A stretch of 64,000 nt of DNA from Acidobacteriota bacterium (GCA_965217775.1 CBDCJH010000002.1:1440001-1504000); one strand, 5' to 3'; counted from the first letter of the stretch, positions 19,151 through 30,039 are shown. Made by a program: numbers and translations. Notes: generated by a model from the letters alone, not told the origin.

Positions 19151-20827
19151 TTACCGGGCCTTCCGACCGCCGACCGAACCGCCGGTGGCGTCCGTCACAA
19201 GAAACTCAAACGAATAGAGGCTGGCCTCTTCGAGGTAAAAACGCAGCCGGATCGGCTTTCCGGCCAGGGAGGTGACGGCGGAGCGCCCATTCCAGGTCAC
19301 GGTCTGGCGGAGAGCGTCTTGCCGAAGGGGATCACAATCCTCCCGGGTGTAGCCGTGAACGGGGTCCCCCCCTTGGTCCAGAACCTCCACCAAGAAACGA
19401 CCGTCCTCGGCATCGGCGTTGACGACCAGTTCATCTCCGGTGAAGGTGAAGCTCCTGGTGGTCAGGCTTCCACCCGGCTTGCCCGCTTGGACCGATACGA
19501 AGCCATCCAACCGCAGCTTCGCCAATCCGATGCCGTTGGGGAATCCGTCGACCCCGGGAGGACGGGTGTGATTGTGATCGACACCCACAGCAGAGTAGTA
19601 GATCCGGATTTCGTCGCCGTGGACCAAGGGGCCCTGCAAGGGATGGATGGCGCCCCAGTCGAAATCGCCGGGCTGAGTGGAAAGCGGAATGAAGACGTTC
19701 CGGTTCCCAGCGCGGTCCCAAGTCCGTCCGTCCCGGCTGGAAGTCAACTGCACCGCGCCTCGGCAATAGTCGGGGTCGTAGCTGAAGACCGTGACGAGGC
19801 CGATGCGAAGGCCCTCATAGGTCATGACCTCCATGTTGTAGAACTGGTCCCGATTGAAAGGATCTTCCGCGTCCGGCCCCACGATGACCCGATAATCATT
19901 CCAGTGAACGAAATCGCGGCTTATGATCTGGCTGACCCGCCGGATGCTGTGGTTCTCGGGAGCGCGGTTCCTCTGCGGGTCCCAGTGCCGCCGCCAACCC
20001 GCCCGAGCCTCAGGGTCGCTCACCAGGCGCGGCCGCACCTGGGAGATCCTGCCGGTGCGATCCCGGATGATCCCGACGTAAAGGCCGAGGGCTTCGTCCC
20101 AGTAGGCGACCATCTGGCTGTCGTGGCCGGGAGGTTCGAAAAAGACGGCCTTGCCGTCGTTGTACGGAGTCCAGTCCAGGCCGTCCGCCGAATGGGAGGC
20201 GTAGATCTTGTAGTCTCCCCGCATGTGCAGCATCTTGAAACGCTGGGACGAGTCCGCCTCGTGGAGGTCCAGGAAGACGCCGCTGGCCAAGCCGCCGTGA
20301 GGCACGACGATGTTGTTTTCCATCGTTCCCCGGTACCGGAACTTTCCCAGCCTGGGCTTGTCCCAACGGATGCCGTCGCTGCTCTTGGCGAAGCAGAGGA
20401 CCGCCTCTTCGTCCCCTCCGCTGCCGGCGTGCAGGCTGTACCAGAGCTTGAAGAGTCCGTCCGCTGGATCATGGAGAACGCTTGAAAACGCGATGGGCAT
20501 GCCCGCCTCCCACGCCTCCTCTCCTTCGGGAACTCTGGACAGGACCGGGTTGCCCTCGTACTTCCGCGGCTGGTTCAACCTCCGCTCCACACCTTCCGAT
20601 TCGGAGATGAGGAAGTCGTCGACGAAGAGCTGCCGGTGGCTCTCCAGAGCGATCGGCGCCTCCTCGGATCGTGCCGAAACCGGAGCCGTAGCCCTCAGAA
20701 CGGAGATTAAGGCCTCCGGGAGGTACGGCAACTCGATCCGGGCCAGGGGACCCGTTCCGCCCGTGGCCAGGACCAACTCCGCGGTCATTTGAATCGTTAC
20801 CAAGACGACCGTCCATGTTTTCGTCAT
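19151..20827 (-). CDS. Glycoside hydrolase-like beta-propeller protein
   Basis: RQLFVDD, SSDGIRWDKP, EIRIYY, LRLDGFVS; start placed at MTKTW. Confidence 0.7.
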   Translation of the reverse strand: MTKTWTVVLVTIQMTAELVLATGGTGPLARIELPYLPEALISVLRATAPVSARSEEAPIALESHRQLFVDDFLISESEGVERRLNQPRKYEGNPVLSRVPEGEEAWEAGMPIAFSSVLHDPADGLFKLWYSLHAGSGGDEEAVLCFAKSSDGIRWDKPRLGKFRYRGTMENNIVVPHGGLASGVFLDLHEADSSQRFKMLHMRGDYKIYASHSADGLDWTPYNDGKAVFFEPPGHDSQMVAYWDEALGLYVGIIRDRTGRISQVRPRLVSDPEARAGWRRHWDPQRNRAPENHSIRRVSQIISRDFVHWNDYRVIVGPDAEDPFNRDQFYNMEVMTYEGLRIGLVTVFSYDPDYCRGAVQLTSSRDGRTWDRAGNRNVFIPLSTQPGDFDWGAIHPLQGPLVHGDEIRIYYSAVGVDHNHTRPPGVDGFPNGIGLAKLRLDGFVSVQAGKPGGSLTTRSFTFTGDELVVNADAEDGRFLVEVLDQGGDPVHGYTREDCDPLRQDALRQTVTWNGRSAVTSLAGKPIRLRFYLEEASLYSFEFLVTDATGGSVGGRKAR

Positions 20828-21086
20828 CGCAGACTCCTGGTTGGACCGGGGAAGTGGCGACATTATATCAACCGAATGACAGGAAATAAGAAGCAAGCCA
20901 CCTGGAGAGAGGACTCGAAGCCGAGGATAGGAGAACTCTTCGTCCGCTTCGACCGGGTTTTTTGCCTGACACCCCGCACCGTGGTCGGCAATCGACTGAT
21001 CCTGCTCGCCCACTCCGCCGGCATCCGTCATTTCGACGGTCAGACGAAGTTGGCCCGCCTTACGCTGCGGCAGTACTATTGACGGA

Positions 21087-23963
21087 GTGGAATTTTTCCA
21101 AGAGTTGTTCGGGACCTTTCTAATCGCCCTTGCGGTCTTTTTCATGGCTGGGGTGATCCTGACTCTTGTTACTGCCGTCCTTGGTTGGTCGCTCTATAAA
21201 GCTCGGCGACGGATAGACCAGCTTGTCACTCGCGCCACCAGCCTGGCGACCACGCTTGCCTTCAAGACGCCCTCGTCTCCGGAGGACGAGTCCGCTTGGG
21301 AGCCCGGTCCTGCCGGGTCCGAACGGACCGAATCACGACGCCCCTTTCGCTTCCGTGACCACCCCATCCTGACCATCGCTCTAGTTGCCGGTGTGTTCAT
21401 GATCTTCTTCGGAGGGTTACTGATCCCCTTTCTGCTTCTGGCCGCCTTTCCCGTGGTTCCAGTCGTCCTTGGAGTGTTGCGGTATAGAGCTCAACGGCGG
21501 ATACGGGCACTGACCGCTCGAATCAACGCCTTGGAAGAGAAGTTGGCCGCCGGATCGCCCTCGTCCCCGCCGTCCGCTGTCGCAGAACCGAGCTCGCCAG
21601 CAGCAGCGGCGGCAAAGAGGCCGGTGGAAGCAACGGAGGGGGTGGCCAATCCCGATCGGGAGCCGGATCCTGCGAAGCCGGCGTGGACCGATGCGCTGCA
21701 CTCGTTTCTCTTCGGCGGCAACACCCTCACGCGGGTCGGCGTCATCCTCCTATTCTTCGGCTTCGCTTTCTTTCTGAGCTACGCGGCCGAACAGGGCTGG
21801 TTCTCGATCCAGTTCCGCCTGGGTGTCGCCGCGGCCGCCGGCGTTGCCCTGTTGACGCTTGGATGGCTCCTGCGGGACTTGCGCCGAGAATATGCGCTTG
21901 CGCTGCAAGGCGGCGGCGCAGGCATCGCGTACCTCACCGCCTTTGCGGCCGTCAATTTCTACGACGTGATCGGTCCCGCGGCCGGGTTGTCAGCCATGAT
22001 CCTGCTGGTCGCGGTCACCGGGGCTCTGGCATTGAGGCAGGACGCGCCGAGTCTGGCTTTATTGTCTTCCCTGGGAGGATTCCTGGGTCCGGTCCTGGTC
22101 ACCCGCGACGCCAGCCACGTGGCTCTCTTTTCCTACTATGCCGTTCTCGACGTCGGAATCGTGGCCGTGGCATGGTTCCGGGCCTGGCGCCTTCTGAGCC
22201 TGCTGGGGTTCGTGTTCACGTTCCTGGTCGGCGCCTTATGGGGTGCTGCGTATTATCAACCTCAGCATTTCTCCACGACTCAACCGTTCCTGGCGCTGTT
22301 TCTGGCAATTTTCGTCGCGGTTCCAATACTGCATGCGTGGCGCCAGCCGCCGCGGCTTGTGGGGTTCATCGATGGCACCCTCGTCTTTGGAGTGCCGCTC
22401 GCGGCTTTCATCCTGCAGTATCGGCTCGCAAGCGGATTCGAATACGGTCCCGCCTTCAGTGCTCTCGCCTTTTGCGTTTTCTACGCCGTCGCGGCCGGCC
22501 TGGTCAGCGGACGCGGTCGAGATTCATTGCGGCCGCTGGTGGAATCGTTCGTCGCCCTGTCGGTCGTCTTCGGGATACTCGCAATCCCTCTCGCGGGTGA
22601 CGCGCACTGGGTCTCCATCGCGCTGGCTCTTGCGGGCGCGGCGATCGTCCGGATCAGTACGCGCCAAAATCGCCGTTTACTCCAGTTGTCGGGACTGGGA
22701 ATTCAGTTCCTGGCGGGCCTTATTGCAATCAGCGGGCATTCATCGAGTGCACCAGCGGTATTGGACATGGGGCACCTGACGGTGACGTTGGCCGGCATGT
22801 TTTCGGCCTGGTGCCTCCGTCGACGCCGGGTGGAGGGCGCGGATTCTCGTCTCGTGTCGGTTGTGGCGCTAGCTTGGGGATCGCTCTGGTGGTTTGGAAC
22901 CGGCGTCAACGAAATCTCACGGCATCTGTCTTCGCTCGACCAGGATTGTGCAAATCTTGGGTTTGTCGCCATCAGCGCCGCAGTATTCGCCCTGCTCCGG
23001 ACCCGGCTCGACTGGAAGGACTTGGCGTACCCGCCATTGCTCCTGCTGCCCGCGATGGTCCTCCTGACCATCGACTGGATCTTCACGACCTCCCATCCGC
23101 TCGTCGGCTGGGGCGCCCTCGCCTGGCCGGCCGCGTTCCTGATTCAGTATTGGCTGCTGTGGCGTTGCGAGACCGACTGGTCAAGAGCGACGCCCTGGGT
23201 CCACTGCGGCACGCTGTGGCTCGGCGTGTTTCTGGTTTGGCGGGAAGCCGTGTGGATCAGCGGGCAGATCGCCTCTGACGATCCAAGGTGGCCGTTCGTG
23301 ATGTGGGCCCTGGTTCCAGCTGTTTTCCTCTGTTCGCTTATGACGTTTCGGACTTTTCTTTCCTGGCCGATCGAACGCTTTCGGCAGATCTATCTCGACG
23401 TCGGGCAACTCCCCCTGGTGATCACCGTCTCGGTCTGGATGCTGGTTGCCAGCTTCCATGCGGGGGCTTCCCATCCGCAGAGCTATATTCCGCTCCTGAA
23501 TCCTGTCGAGTTCGTACAGTTGTTCTCCCTGGGTGTGCTGTTCCAGTGGTCCAGGGTGGACGCCGGCAGGAGGATAAGCGCGATACGGTGGCCGACTCTT
23601 GGATTCATTTCGTTCGTGGCGCTGAACGGGGCTCTCGCCCGCACGGCCTGCCGCTTCCTCGAGTTGCCGTTCGAGGCCCGCGCGCTCCTTTCCTCCGGGG
23701 TGTTTCAGGTCATCCTGTCTGTCGTCTGGACGACCGTTGCCCTGGTCATCATGCTCCTTGCAACCCGGGTGAGGCGGCGTCCCGCCTGGCAAGTCGGCGC
23801 CGCCCTGCTCGTGGTGACCGTGATCAAGCTGCTCTTGTTCGACCTCGCCGATACCGGCACGCTGACGCGGATCGTGTCCTTCATTGTCGTGGGCGGTCTC
23901 ATCCTCGTCGTCGGCTACTTCTCACCGTTGCCGCCCAAAGACGCGGAATCGAAAAATGACTAG
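21087..23963 (+). CDS. DUF2339 multi-pass membrane protein
   Basis: FGGNTLTRVGVILLFFG, YALALQGGG, KLLLFDLADTGTLTRIVSFI..G....VGYFSPLPP; many TM segments. Confidence 0.85.
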   Translation: MEFFQELFGTFLIALAVFFMAGVILTLVTAVLGWSLYKARRRIDQLVTRATSLATTLAFKTPSSPEDESAWEPGPAGSERTESRRPFRFRDHPILTIALVAGVFMIFFGGLLIPFLLLAAFPVVPVVLGVLRYRAQRRIRALTARINALEEKLAAGSPSSPPSAVAEPSSPAAAAAKRPVEATEGVANPDREPDPAKPAWTDALHSFLFGGNTLTRVGVILLFFGFAFFLSYAAEQGWFSIQFRLGVAAAAGVALLTLGWLLRDLRREYALALQGGGAGIAYLTAFAAVNFYDVIGPAAGLSAMILLVAVTGALALRQDAPSLALLSSLGGFLGPVLVTRDASHVALFSYYAVLDVGIVAVAWFRAWRLLSLLGFVFTFLVGALWGAAYYQPQHFSTTQPFLALFLAIFVAVPILHAWRQPPRLVGFIDGTLVFGVPLAAFILQYRLASGFEYGPAFSALAFCVFYAVAAGLVSGRGRDSLRPLVESFVALSVVFGILAIPLAGDAHWVSIALALAGAAIVRISTRQNRRLLQLSGLGIQFLAGLIAISGHSSSAPAVLDMGHLTVTLAGMFSAWCLRRRRVEGADSRLVSVVALAWGSLWWFGTGVNEISRHLSSLDQDCANLGFVAISAAVFALLRTRLDWKDLAYPPLLLLPAMVLLTIDWIFTTSHPLVGWGALAWPAAFLIQYWLLWRCETDWSRATPWVHCGTLWLGVFLVWREAVWISGQIASDDPRWPFVMWALVPAVFLCSLMTFRTFLSWPIERFRQIYLDVGQLPLVITVSVWMLVASFHAGASHPQSYIPLLNPVEFVQLFSLGVLFQWSRVDAGRRISAIRWPTLGFISFVALNGALARTACRFLELPFEARALLSSGVFQVILSVVWTTVALVIMLLATRVRRRPAWQVGAALLVVTVIKLLLFDLADTGTLTRIVSFIVVGGLILVVGYFSPLPPKDAESKND

Positions 23964-24122
23964 AGATCTGACAGTCCTGGACGGACATGGAGGCGAAAGA
24001 ATACGCGCCGAAGAGATGGGACCTGCCGTATCGAAACCCGACGGGGATCTATGGCCTGCCGGACGATGCTTTCGATTGACCGTCAGGAAATCCCGACCTG
24101 ACCGAGAGATTCAGGCGCTGTA

Positions 24123-24794
24123 TCACTTGCGCCCGACCAGCACCGAAATCGGAGTTTGGCTCCAAATGCGCATGGCGTCGAAGCCCGCCCGGGTCATCGC
24201 CTCCAGCTCCCGTTCCAGTGGGAAATACGTGTCTTCATCCGACCATTCGTCGAAGTGCCGGTAGGCGCGCTCTTCAGGGATCCCGCGCGAGACCATGTGC
24301 GCCGCCCAAGCCGCGAAGTCCGCAGCTTTGCGAGAGACATCGTCCGGCATGGTCGCGTCGCCGTTGACGAACACGCCTCCCGGGGTCAGCACCTTGTGGA
24401 CCCGTTGATAGAGTTGGGCTTTGGAGTTCAGATCCGGTACGTGATGCATCGCCAAAGAGGCGGCAACGGCGTCGCAACGGGGAAGGGCGTCATGGAATGA
24501 TTGCCTTCTCAGGCCTACTCGCTCGCCGAACCGGTGCAGTCGCATTTGGGCGCAGACCAACATTTCGTCGTCGACGTCGATCAACTCGACGACGCACTGG
24601 CCGCACTTCTCCAGGATCGCCTCGGAAAGAGCCCCAGTTCCGGCGCCCAAGTCGAGCACCTTCTTGGGCTGGCTGAAGGCGACCGCCCGGGCAACCTGCT
24701 CCAGCATTCGATCGTAGCCGGGAATGAACTGCCGGATGATCTCGTCGTATTCATCGATGTCGAGATGCAGGTGCCGGCGAACGGAGTGGCTCAT
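24123..24794 (-). CDS. Class I SAM-dependent methyltransferase (CmoA-like)
   Basis: VLDLGAGTG, SLAMHHV, LTPGGVFVNGD. Confidence 0.85.
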   Translation of the reverse strand: MSHSVRRHLHLDIDEYDEIIRQFIPGYDRMLEQVARAVAFSQPKKVLDLGAGTGALSEAILEKCGQCVVELIDVDDEMLVCAQMRLHRFGERVGLRRQSFHDALPRCDAVAASLAMHHVPDLNSKAQLYQRVHKVLTPGGVFVNGDATMPDDVSRKAADFAAWAAHMVSRGIPEERAYRHFDEWSDEDTYFPLERELEAMTRAGFDAMRIWSQTPISVLVGRK

Positions 24795-24889
24795 GAGACC
24801 AAGTAACCATCGACAGGCCGGGCGGGCGAAGGCGGAGCTACGATCGCAACTTTTCTTTCAATCTCGTGACGGCTCTCACCACGAAACGT

Positions 24890-25228
24890 TCAGCCTTCGC
24901 GCCGGAGTTCGTGGAGCATGATGCCGCGCCCCGCCAGTCTGGCTTCAAGCCACCGCTTGAGGGATGCCTGACTCTCTCGGGACCGGCGACCGGCGAGCAG
25001 ACCCTCCACGCTGATGTCCTCGTCGAGGTCCTCCCAATGAATGTGCTGGCTGCCGGCGTACAGCTCCCAGTTATTTCGTTCGTCCTCAGTCGCATGGGCA
25101 AGCCTTGGATACCAAGCCAGTGGAACCGAAATTATTCGTCCGTCAGCCAGCTCGGCCGTCAGCAGATCATCTGTCACTGTGATCCTCGTGGCTCCCGGCA
25201 CTTCCAATTCAACCGTCGAAGTAGTCAA
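24890..25228 (-). CDS. DUF2442 protein (putative antitoxin)
   Basis: LADGRIISVPLAWYPRL..AT...R, IHWEDLDEDISVEGLL; TTG start overlapping the upstream gene. Confidence 0.85.
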   Translation of the reverse strand: MTTSTVELEVPGATRITVTDDLLTAELADGRIISVPLAWYPRLAHATEDERNNWELYAGSQHIHWEDLDEDISVEGLLAGRRSRESQASLKRWLEARLAGRGIMLHELRREG

Positions 25229-25445
25229 GCCAAGCCTCCACGAATGCTTTGCTGTTTTGTTTGACAATTCTCTCAATCCGGCGAAGTTCGGTCCGACCAA
25301 TGCGACCACTTCTCTGCAGTACTACCGGGTCGAGCCAGAACTTGGCAAATCCACCATTGGTCCGGACATGTATATGCGGTGGCTCATCTCGATCACTTGA
25401 GACAAAGTAGAAACGATACGGGCCATCGCGAAGCACCGTCGGCAT
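25209..25445 (-). CDS. DUF4160 protein (putative toxin)
   Basis: MPTVLRDGPYRFYFVSSDRDEPPHIHV...AKFWLDP. Confidence 0.85.
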   Translation of the reverse strand: MPTVLRDGPYRFYFVSSDRDEPPHIHVRTNGGFAKFWLDPVVLQRSGRIGRTELRRIERIVKQNSKAFVEAWLDYFDG

Positions 25446-25788
25446 GTTATCACCTTCGTATCCGATATCCGGAAACCCAACCACGCCGGCAGGCAGCGAA
25501 TGGGGAGCACCTTCTCACCGATGTTGCCGATCTCACTTTGGCCTCGGGACACGTGGGGCGTAGGTGTCCCCATTCGGACTTCTGAGCGCGTCACTTTTCC
25601 AAACGGCTTGGCAACGATAGACGCGATAATTCTTCCAGCTTCTCGGAAGGTTCGGTTAGAAACCACGCAACGTGCTCACTTCGGGGTCGGCCCAATCTTC
25701 AGGCAGACTCTAGCCAGAAGTCACGCCTCGTAATCGGGCTTCGGGTTTCGGATATAATGGCGGCTCTTACAGCGAGGACAGACTCGAT

Positions 25789-28593
25789 TTGAAGCAAAAT
25801 TCACGACAGAAAACGGTTCAGGACATTTCCTCGACTTTTGGGCGAGGGGGATGGATCGCCACTGTTCTTCTGGTGAGTCTTCTCTTTTCTCCCCATGCCG
25901 CAGGGGAAACCGAGTTGGACAAAGTTGAGCTGAACCAGATCGAGGAGCGCTCCGAATCCCTGGCCAACTCCCTTCTGGAATTCTCGGTGACGGTCCGGGA
26001 GCGGGACATGGTTCGGATCAGCAAGTTCTTCGTGTCGCCGGCCAGGGTGACGCCGTGGCCGTCTCTCTCCGGCGCACCGGCTACGGAGTTCAAGTGGATC
26101 TCGACGGCCGCGCCCCGAATTGCACGGAAGCGTCCGAAGAAGATGCCCCGGACTGAACTGATGAAGAGCTGGGACAAGCTTCTGGGAACCTTCTCCTCCG
26201 TGGAGGATGCCCGATTCCAGGTCAAGGGGGCCCGCTTCAGCCAACGGAAGGGGAGAGTCGAGGGCAAGGGGGATCTCAAATTCTTCCTGATCGGACGTGA
26301 CGGCAAGAACCATCGATTCTGGGTGAAGGGAACGGGACGGCTGGTCGCGGTCCAGACGGGAGAGGAAAGCTGGCGGATCTCCGAATTCCGGGTGGACGAG
26401 GTCAGGACCATGCGGGCGGCTATGGACCTCTTCTCCGAGATCTGCATTCCGGCGGGCGTCTCTAATTCGCTGCCCCGATACGGAGAGCCGGGGAACGACG
26501 ATTTCGTCTATCACGGCGCCGCTGCGGGAGACCTGGACGGGGACGGGCTACAGGATCTGGTGGTTACGGGCATCAATCGAAACTACCTGTACCTGAACCA
26601 GGGTGGCCGGTTTCAAGACGTGGCCGACAGGGCGGGAATCTCGATAACGCCTCCTGGAACGGCCCCTCTCCTCCTCGACTACGACAACGATGGAGACCTG
26701 GACGTCTTCATGGCCTCGGTGGGAGAGCAGATGCTGTTCGAGAACCGTCTGGTCCCCTCCGGAAAGCTGCTCTTCTTCGACATCTCGCAAGAAGTCGGCA
26801 TAGCGGTGAACGCCATCGGTTTCAGCGCCACCGCCGGTGACGTGAACAAGGACGGATGGACTGACGTCTACGTCGCCTCCTACAACCGCTATGGCCGAGT
26901 CATGCCCGACTCCTGGCGCCGCGCCTCCAACGGGACTCCGAACCTGCTCTTTCTGAATCAAGGCGATGGGAGCTTCCGCGAAGCGGGGGCCGATTGGGGC
27001 GTCCGCGACCAGCGCTGGAGCTACGCCGCCCAGTTTGCCGACATCAACGGAGATGGACGGCTGGACCTCTACGTGGCCAACGACTTCGGCGAGAACGGCT
27101 ACTACGTCAACCTGGGGGACCGGTTCGAGGACCGGGCCACCAGCCTGGGGCTTCTGGACCCCGGCAACGGCATGGGCGTCTCCTTCGGGGACTTCAACAA
27201 CGACGGGCGGATCGACCTCTACGTCACCAACATGTCCTCCACCGCCGGGAACCGGATCCTGGACCGGTTGTTTCCGCAGGGAAGGGGAGACCGTAGTGGA
27301 CTCAAGAAGCTGGCGGCGGGAAACACTCTGTTCGAAGGCGTGGACGAGGGTGGTTTCCGCGACGTGAGCGCGAAGTTCGGACCCTTCGTCGCCGGATGGG
27401 CCTGGGGAGGAGTCTTCGTGGACTTCGACAACGACGGTTGGGAGGACCTCTACTCTCCCAACGGGTTCATCAGCGGCAAGTCCATGAAAGACACATGAAG
27501 CTTCTTCTGGCGCCACGTCGTGGCGTCCACGGTCGGCGACGAGAAGGCCGGCAACCAGGACTACCAGAAGAACCACATGGCTCTGCTCTTCGAGCAGGGA
27601 CTGTCCTTCAGCGGATTCGAACGGGACGCCCTTTTCCTGAATCGGGAGGGAAGACGGTTCCAGGATATCTCAGGGGTCTCGGGCATCGACTCCATCTCCG
27701 ACGGACGTTCGGCCGTCACCGTCGACCTGGACAATGACGGCGATCTGGACATCTTTCTCACCACCATCCAGGGAGAAGGACATCTCCTGTTCCGGAACAA
27801 CGTGGGCCAGGACAAGGGCTTCATCCGGGTCGAGCTGGAGGGCACGAAGAGCGGCAAGGATGCCTTCGGCGCCCAGGTCCGCGTCAAGACTCCCTTCGGC
27901 GTCCAGACCCGGATCCTCTCGGGAGGCAGCGGTTTCATGGCTCAGCCCGACCGGCGGCTCCTGTTCGGTCTGGGGGAATCCCGGGAGGCCGAATGGATGG
28001 AGGTCACCTGGCCCTCCGGTGTCCGCCAGCGGCTCGGTCCCATTCCCGCCGGCGTCTCCTTGAAGCTGGTGGAGGAACAACCCGACTACCAGACCCTGTC
28101 TCTGCCGTCGGCCGCTCTACCCGATCCCCTGGAGGAGGAACAGGTCCTCTGGAGCAAGCTGCAGATCAAACGGGGCCTACCCATGCCTGAATTGGCGCTG
28201 AAGACGCTTCCGGACGGGGAGGAGATCTCGCTTCCGCTGGAAAAGGGAACGTCCTATCTGGTGAATCTCTGGGCCACCTGGTGCGGGCCCTGCCGGAGGG
28301 AGATGCCTGAATTGGAAGCCGCCCAGGCCAAATTGGAAGAGAACGGGATCCGGGTGATCGGTCTCAGTCTGGACCAGGGGGTTCCCCTCGCCGACGTGGA
28401 ATCGTATGCCCGGGGCCTGGGGGTGTCGTATCCGATCTACCTGCTGGAGCAGGAGGATCTGAAGAAGATCTTCGCCGGAGACGAAAGGTTCGTCCCCTTC
28501 TCGATCCTGGTGGACGAGGAAGGCCGGGTCGCCGACAGCCATGCCGGTTGGGGCGAAAAGGCCAAGCGGAAGCTGGATCGCCTTTGCCGGTAG
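25789..28593 (+). CDS. Putative selenoprotein: FG-GAP/CRTAC1 + ASPIC/UnbV + TlpA-like thioredoxin (Sec at codon 570)
   Basis: Two track ORFs lie in the same frame, separated only by TGA 27496-27498; read-through gives ...KSMKDT-U-SFFWRHVVAST...; domain order is continuous; C-terminal NLWATWCGPC. Confidence 0.75.
27508..27529 (+). promoter_or_regulatory. Bacterial SECIS-like stem-loop
   Basis: TGG-CGCCAC-GTC-GTGGCG-t-CCA; the apical loop starts with GU after an 18-nt spacer from the UGA. Confidence 0.65.
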
Positions 28594-28707
28594 GGAATGG
28601 GCGACCTGGGAGGGGACATTCCCCTCTGCCTCCCATCAGATGCGGCCTGATCTAGTCCGTAATTCCTCTCAGGGGTATCAGAAATCGGGACCGGGAGCAG
28701 GAATAGG

Positions 28708-30039
28708 ATGGAATTCTCCAGACGTAGTTTCTTTCGAACGGCAGGACACCTGCATCTCCTGCTGCCGCTCCTGTGTTGCATCCATCAGAGCGCTCAGGCG
28801 GAGCAATCGCTCTTCCGGAGCTCCGACATGACCCTGGTGCAGATGAATGGTGTGCGGCTCCGGTTGGGCAAGCCGGTCCAGGTCACGGAGAGCCACGGTT
28901 ACGCCTATGTGCCCACCCTGGCAAGGTTTCCCGGGGGTGAGCTTCTGGTCACCTATTCGCTGGTTCCCGACACCAACGAGAACCCGTCCAACGTGGGAGC
29001 GTTCCAGATCTCCCGGGATGGAGGAAGGACCTGGGGCCACCGATACGAGGTGCTGCCCGAGCACCACCCCCTGATCTATGTGCCCCAGGAGGACGGCTCC
29101 CTGGTGGCCATACCGTCCCACCTGTTTCCCGTTTCCCCTGGAGACAGGCACAATTTCCGGGCTGCCTATCTCCGCTTCGAGCCGGGCGCGCGCCGCATGA
29201 TCCTGGAGCCGGATGGGGTAAGGGTCGTGGACTGGCCCTGGCCCGTGAACGTGGTGCCCCGTCCCGTGCCGAAGTCGAACTGGTACGTGAGAATGGCCTT
29301 CGACGGAATCGCCCTGAAGCTGGAGGACAGATGGCTGGCCACCGCCTACTCCCGGAGGGGAGATGAGCCAATGCAGCTCAACGTCGTCCTTGTCTCCCGG
29401 GACCAGGGACGAACCTGGCGCTACCTCTCCACTATCGCGGACGCGGCGATTTTGCCCACTCCACCCCGAAAGTGGGCCGGCGGCCCCAGCGAGACGGCCC
29501 TGGTCCGACTCGCCGACGGGGAGTTGATGGCGGTCTTTCGGGTGGGAAACGGACGGGACTGGAACCTGCGCCGGGCCTACAGCAAGGATGGTGGGACGAC
29601 CTGGTCCCAAGCCGACGTGATCCCGGCCTACAGCGTGGCGCCCAGCATGGTTCGCACCCGAGGCGGCACCATCGTCCTCTCCACGGGCCGGCCAGGAATA
29701 TCGCTCTGGTTCTCTACCGACGGGAGGGGACGCCGGTGGCAGGAGGTGGACGTGGTGAAACACCACAACCTCCACGTCCCAGATGAAACCTACCGCATCC
29801 TGCCCTATCCGTTTGACAATCCCCGGGAGATGAACACCTGGTCCTACACGGAGCTGGTGGAAGTCGCCCCCAACCGCCTCCTCCTGGTGTACGACAGAGT
29901 GCCGCCCGACCCCAGAATCGTTGCCTATGGAACCGATCCCCGTAGCACCGCGGCGGAGCGCCTGAGCTGGAGGCCCAGTCTCGACTCCGGAGAGCGGTTC
30001 CGCATCTTCCTGCTGCCCATCGAGGTCGAGGGGAACTGA
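28708..30039 (+). CDS. Sialidase-family/BNR (Asp-box) repeat protein
   Basis: Asp boxes SRDGGRTW, SRDQGRTW, SKDGGTTW, STDGRGRRW; SRRSFF twin-arginine-like N-terminus. Confidence 0.8.
   Translation: MEFSRRSFFRTAGHLHLLLPLLCCIHQSAQAEQSLFRSSDMTLVQMNGVRLRLGKPVQVTESHGYAYVPTLARFPGGELLVTYSLVPDTNENPSNVGAFQISRDGGRTWGHRYEVLPEHHPLIYVPQEDGSLVAIPSHLFPVSPGDRHNFRAAYLRFEPGARRMILEPDGVRVVDWPWPVNVVPRPVPKSNWYVRMAFDGIALKLEDRWLATAYSRRGDEPMQLNVVLVSRDQGRTWRYLSTIADAAILPTPPRKWAGGPSETALVRLADGELMAVFRVGNGRDWNLRRAYSKDGGTTWSQADVIPAYSVAPSMVRTRGGTIVLSTGRPGISLWFSTDGRGRRWQEVDVVKHHNLHVPDETYRILPYPFDNPREMNTWSYTELVEVAPNRLLLVYDRVPPDPRIVAYGTDPRSTAAERLSWRPSLDSGERFRIFLLPIEVEGN

Noticed and set aside
27520-28593. Independent 357-aa gene starting at GTG 27520
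   Set aside because: No RBS, the start is buried in the hairpin stem, it begins mid-domain and has no signal peptide; better explained as a read-through continuation.
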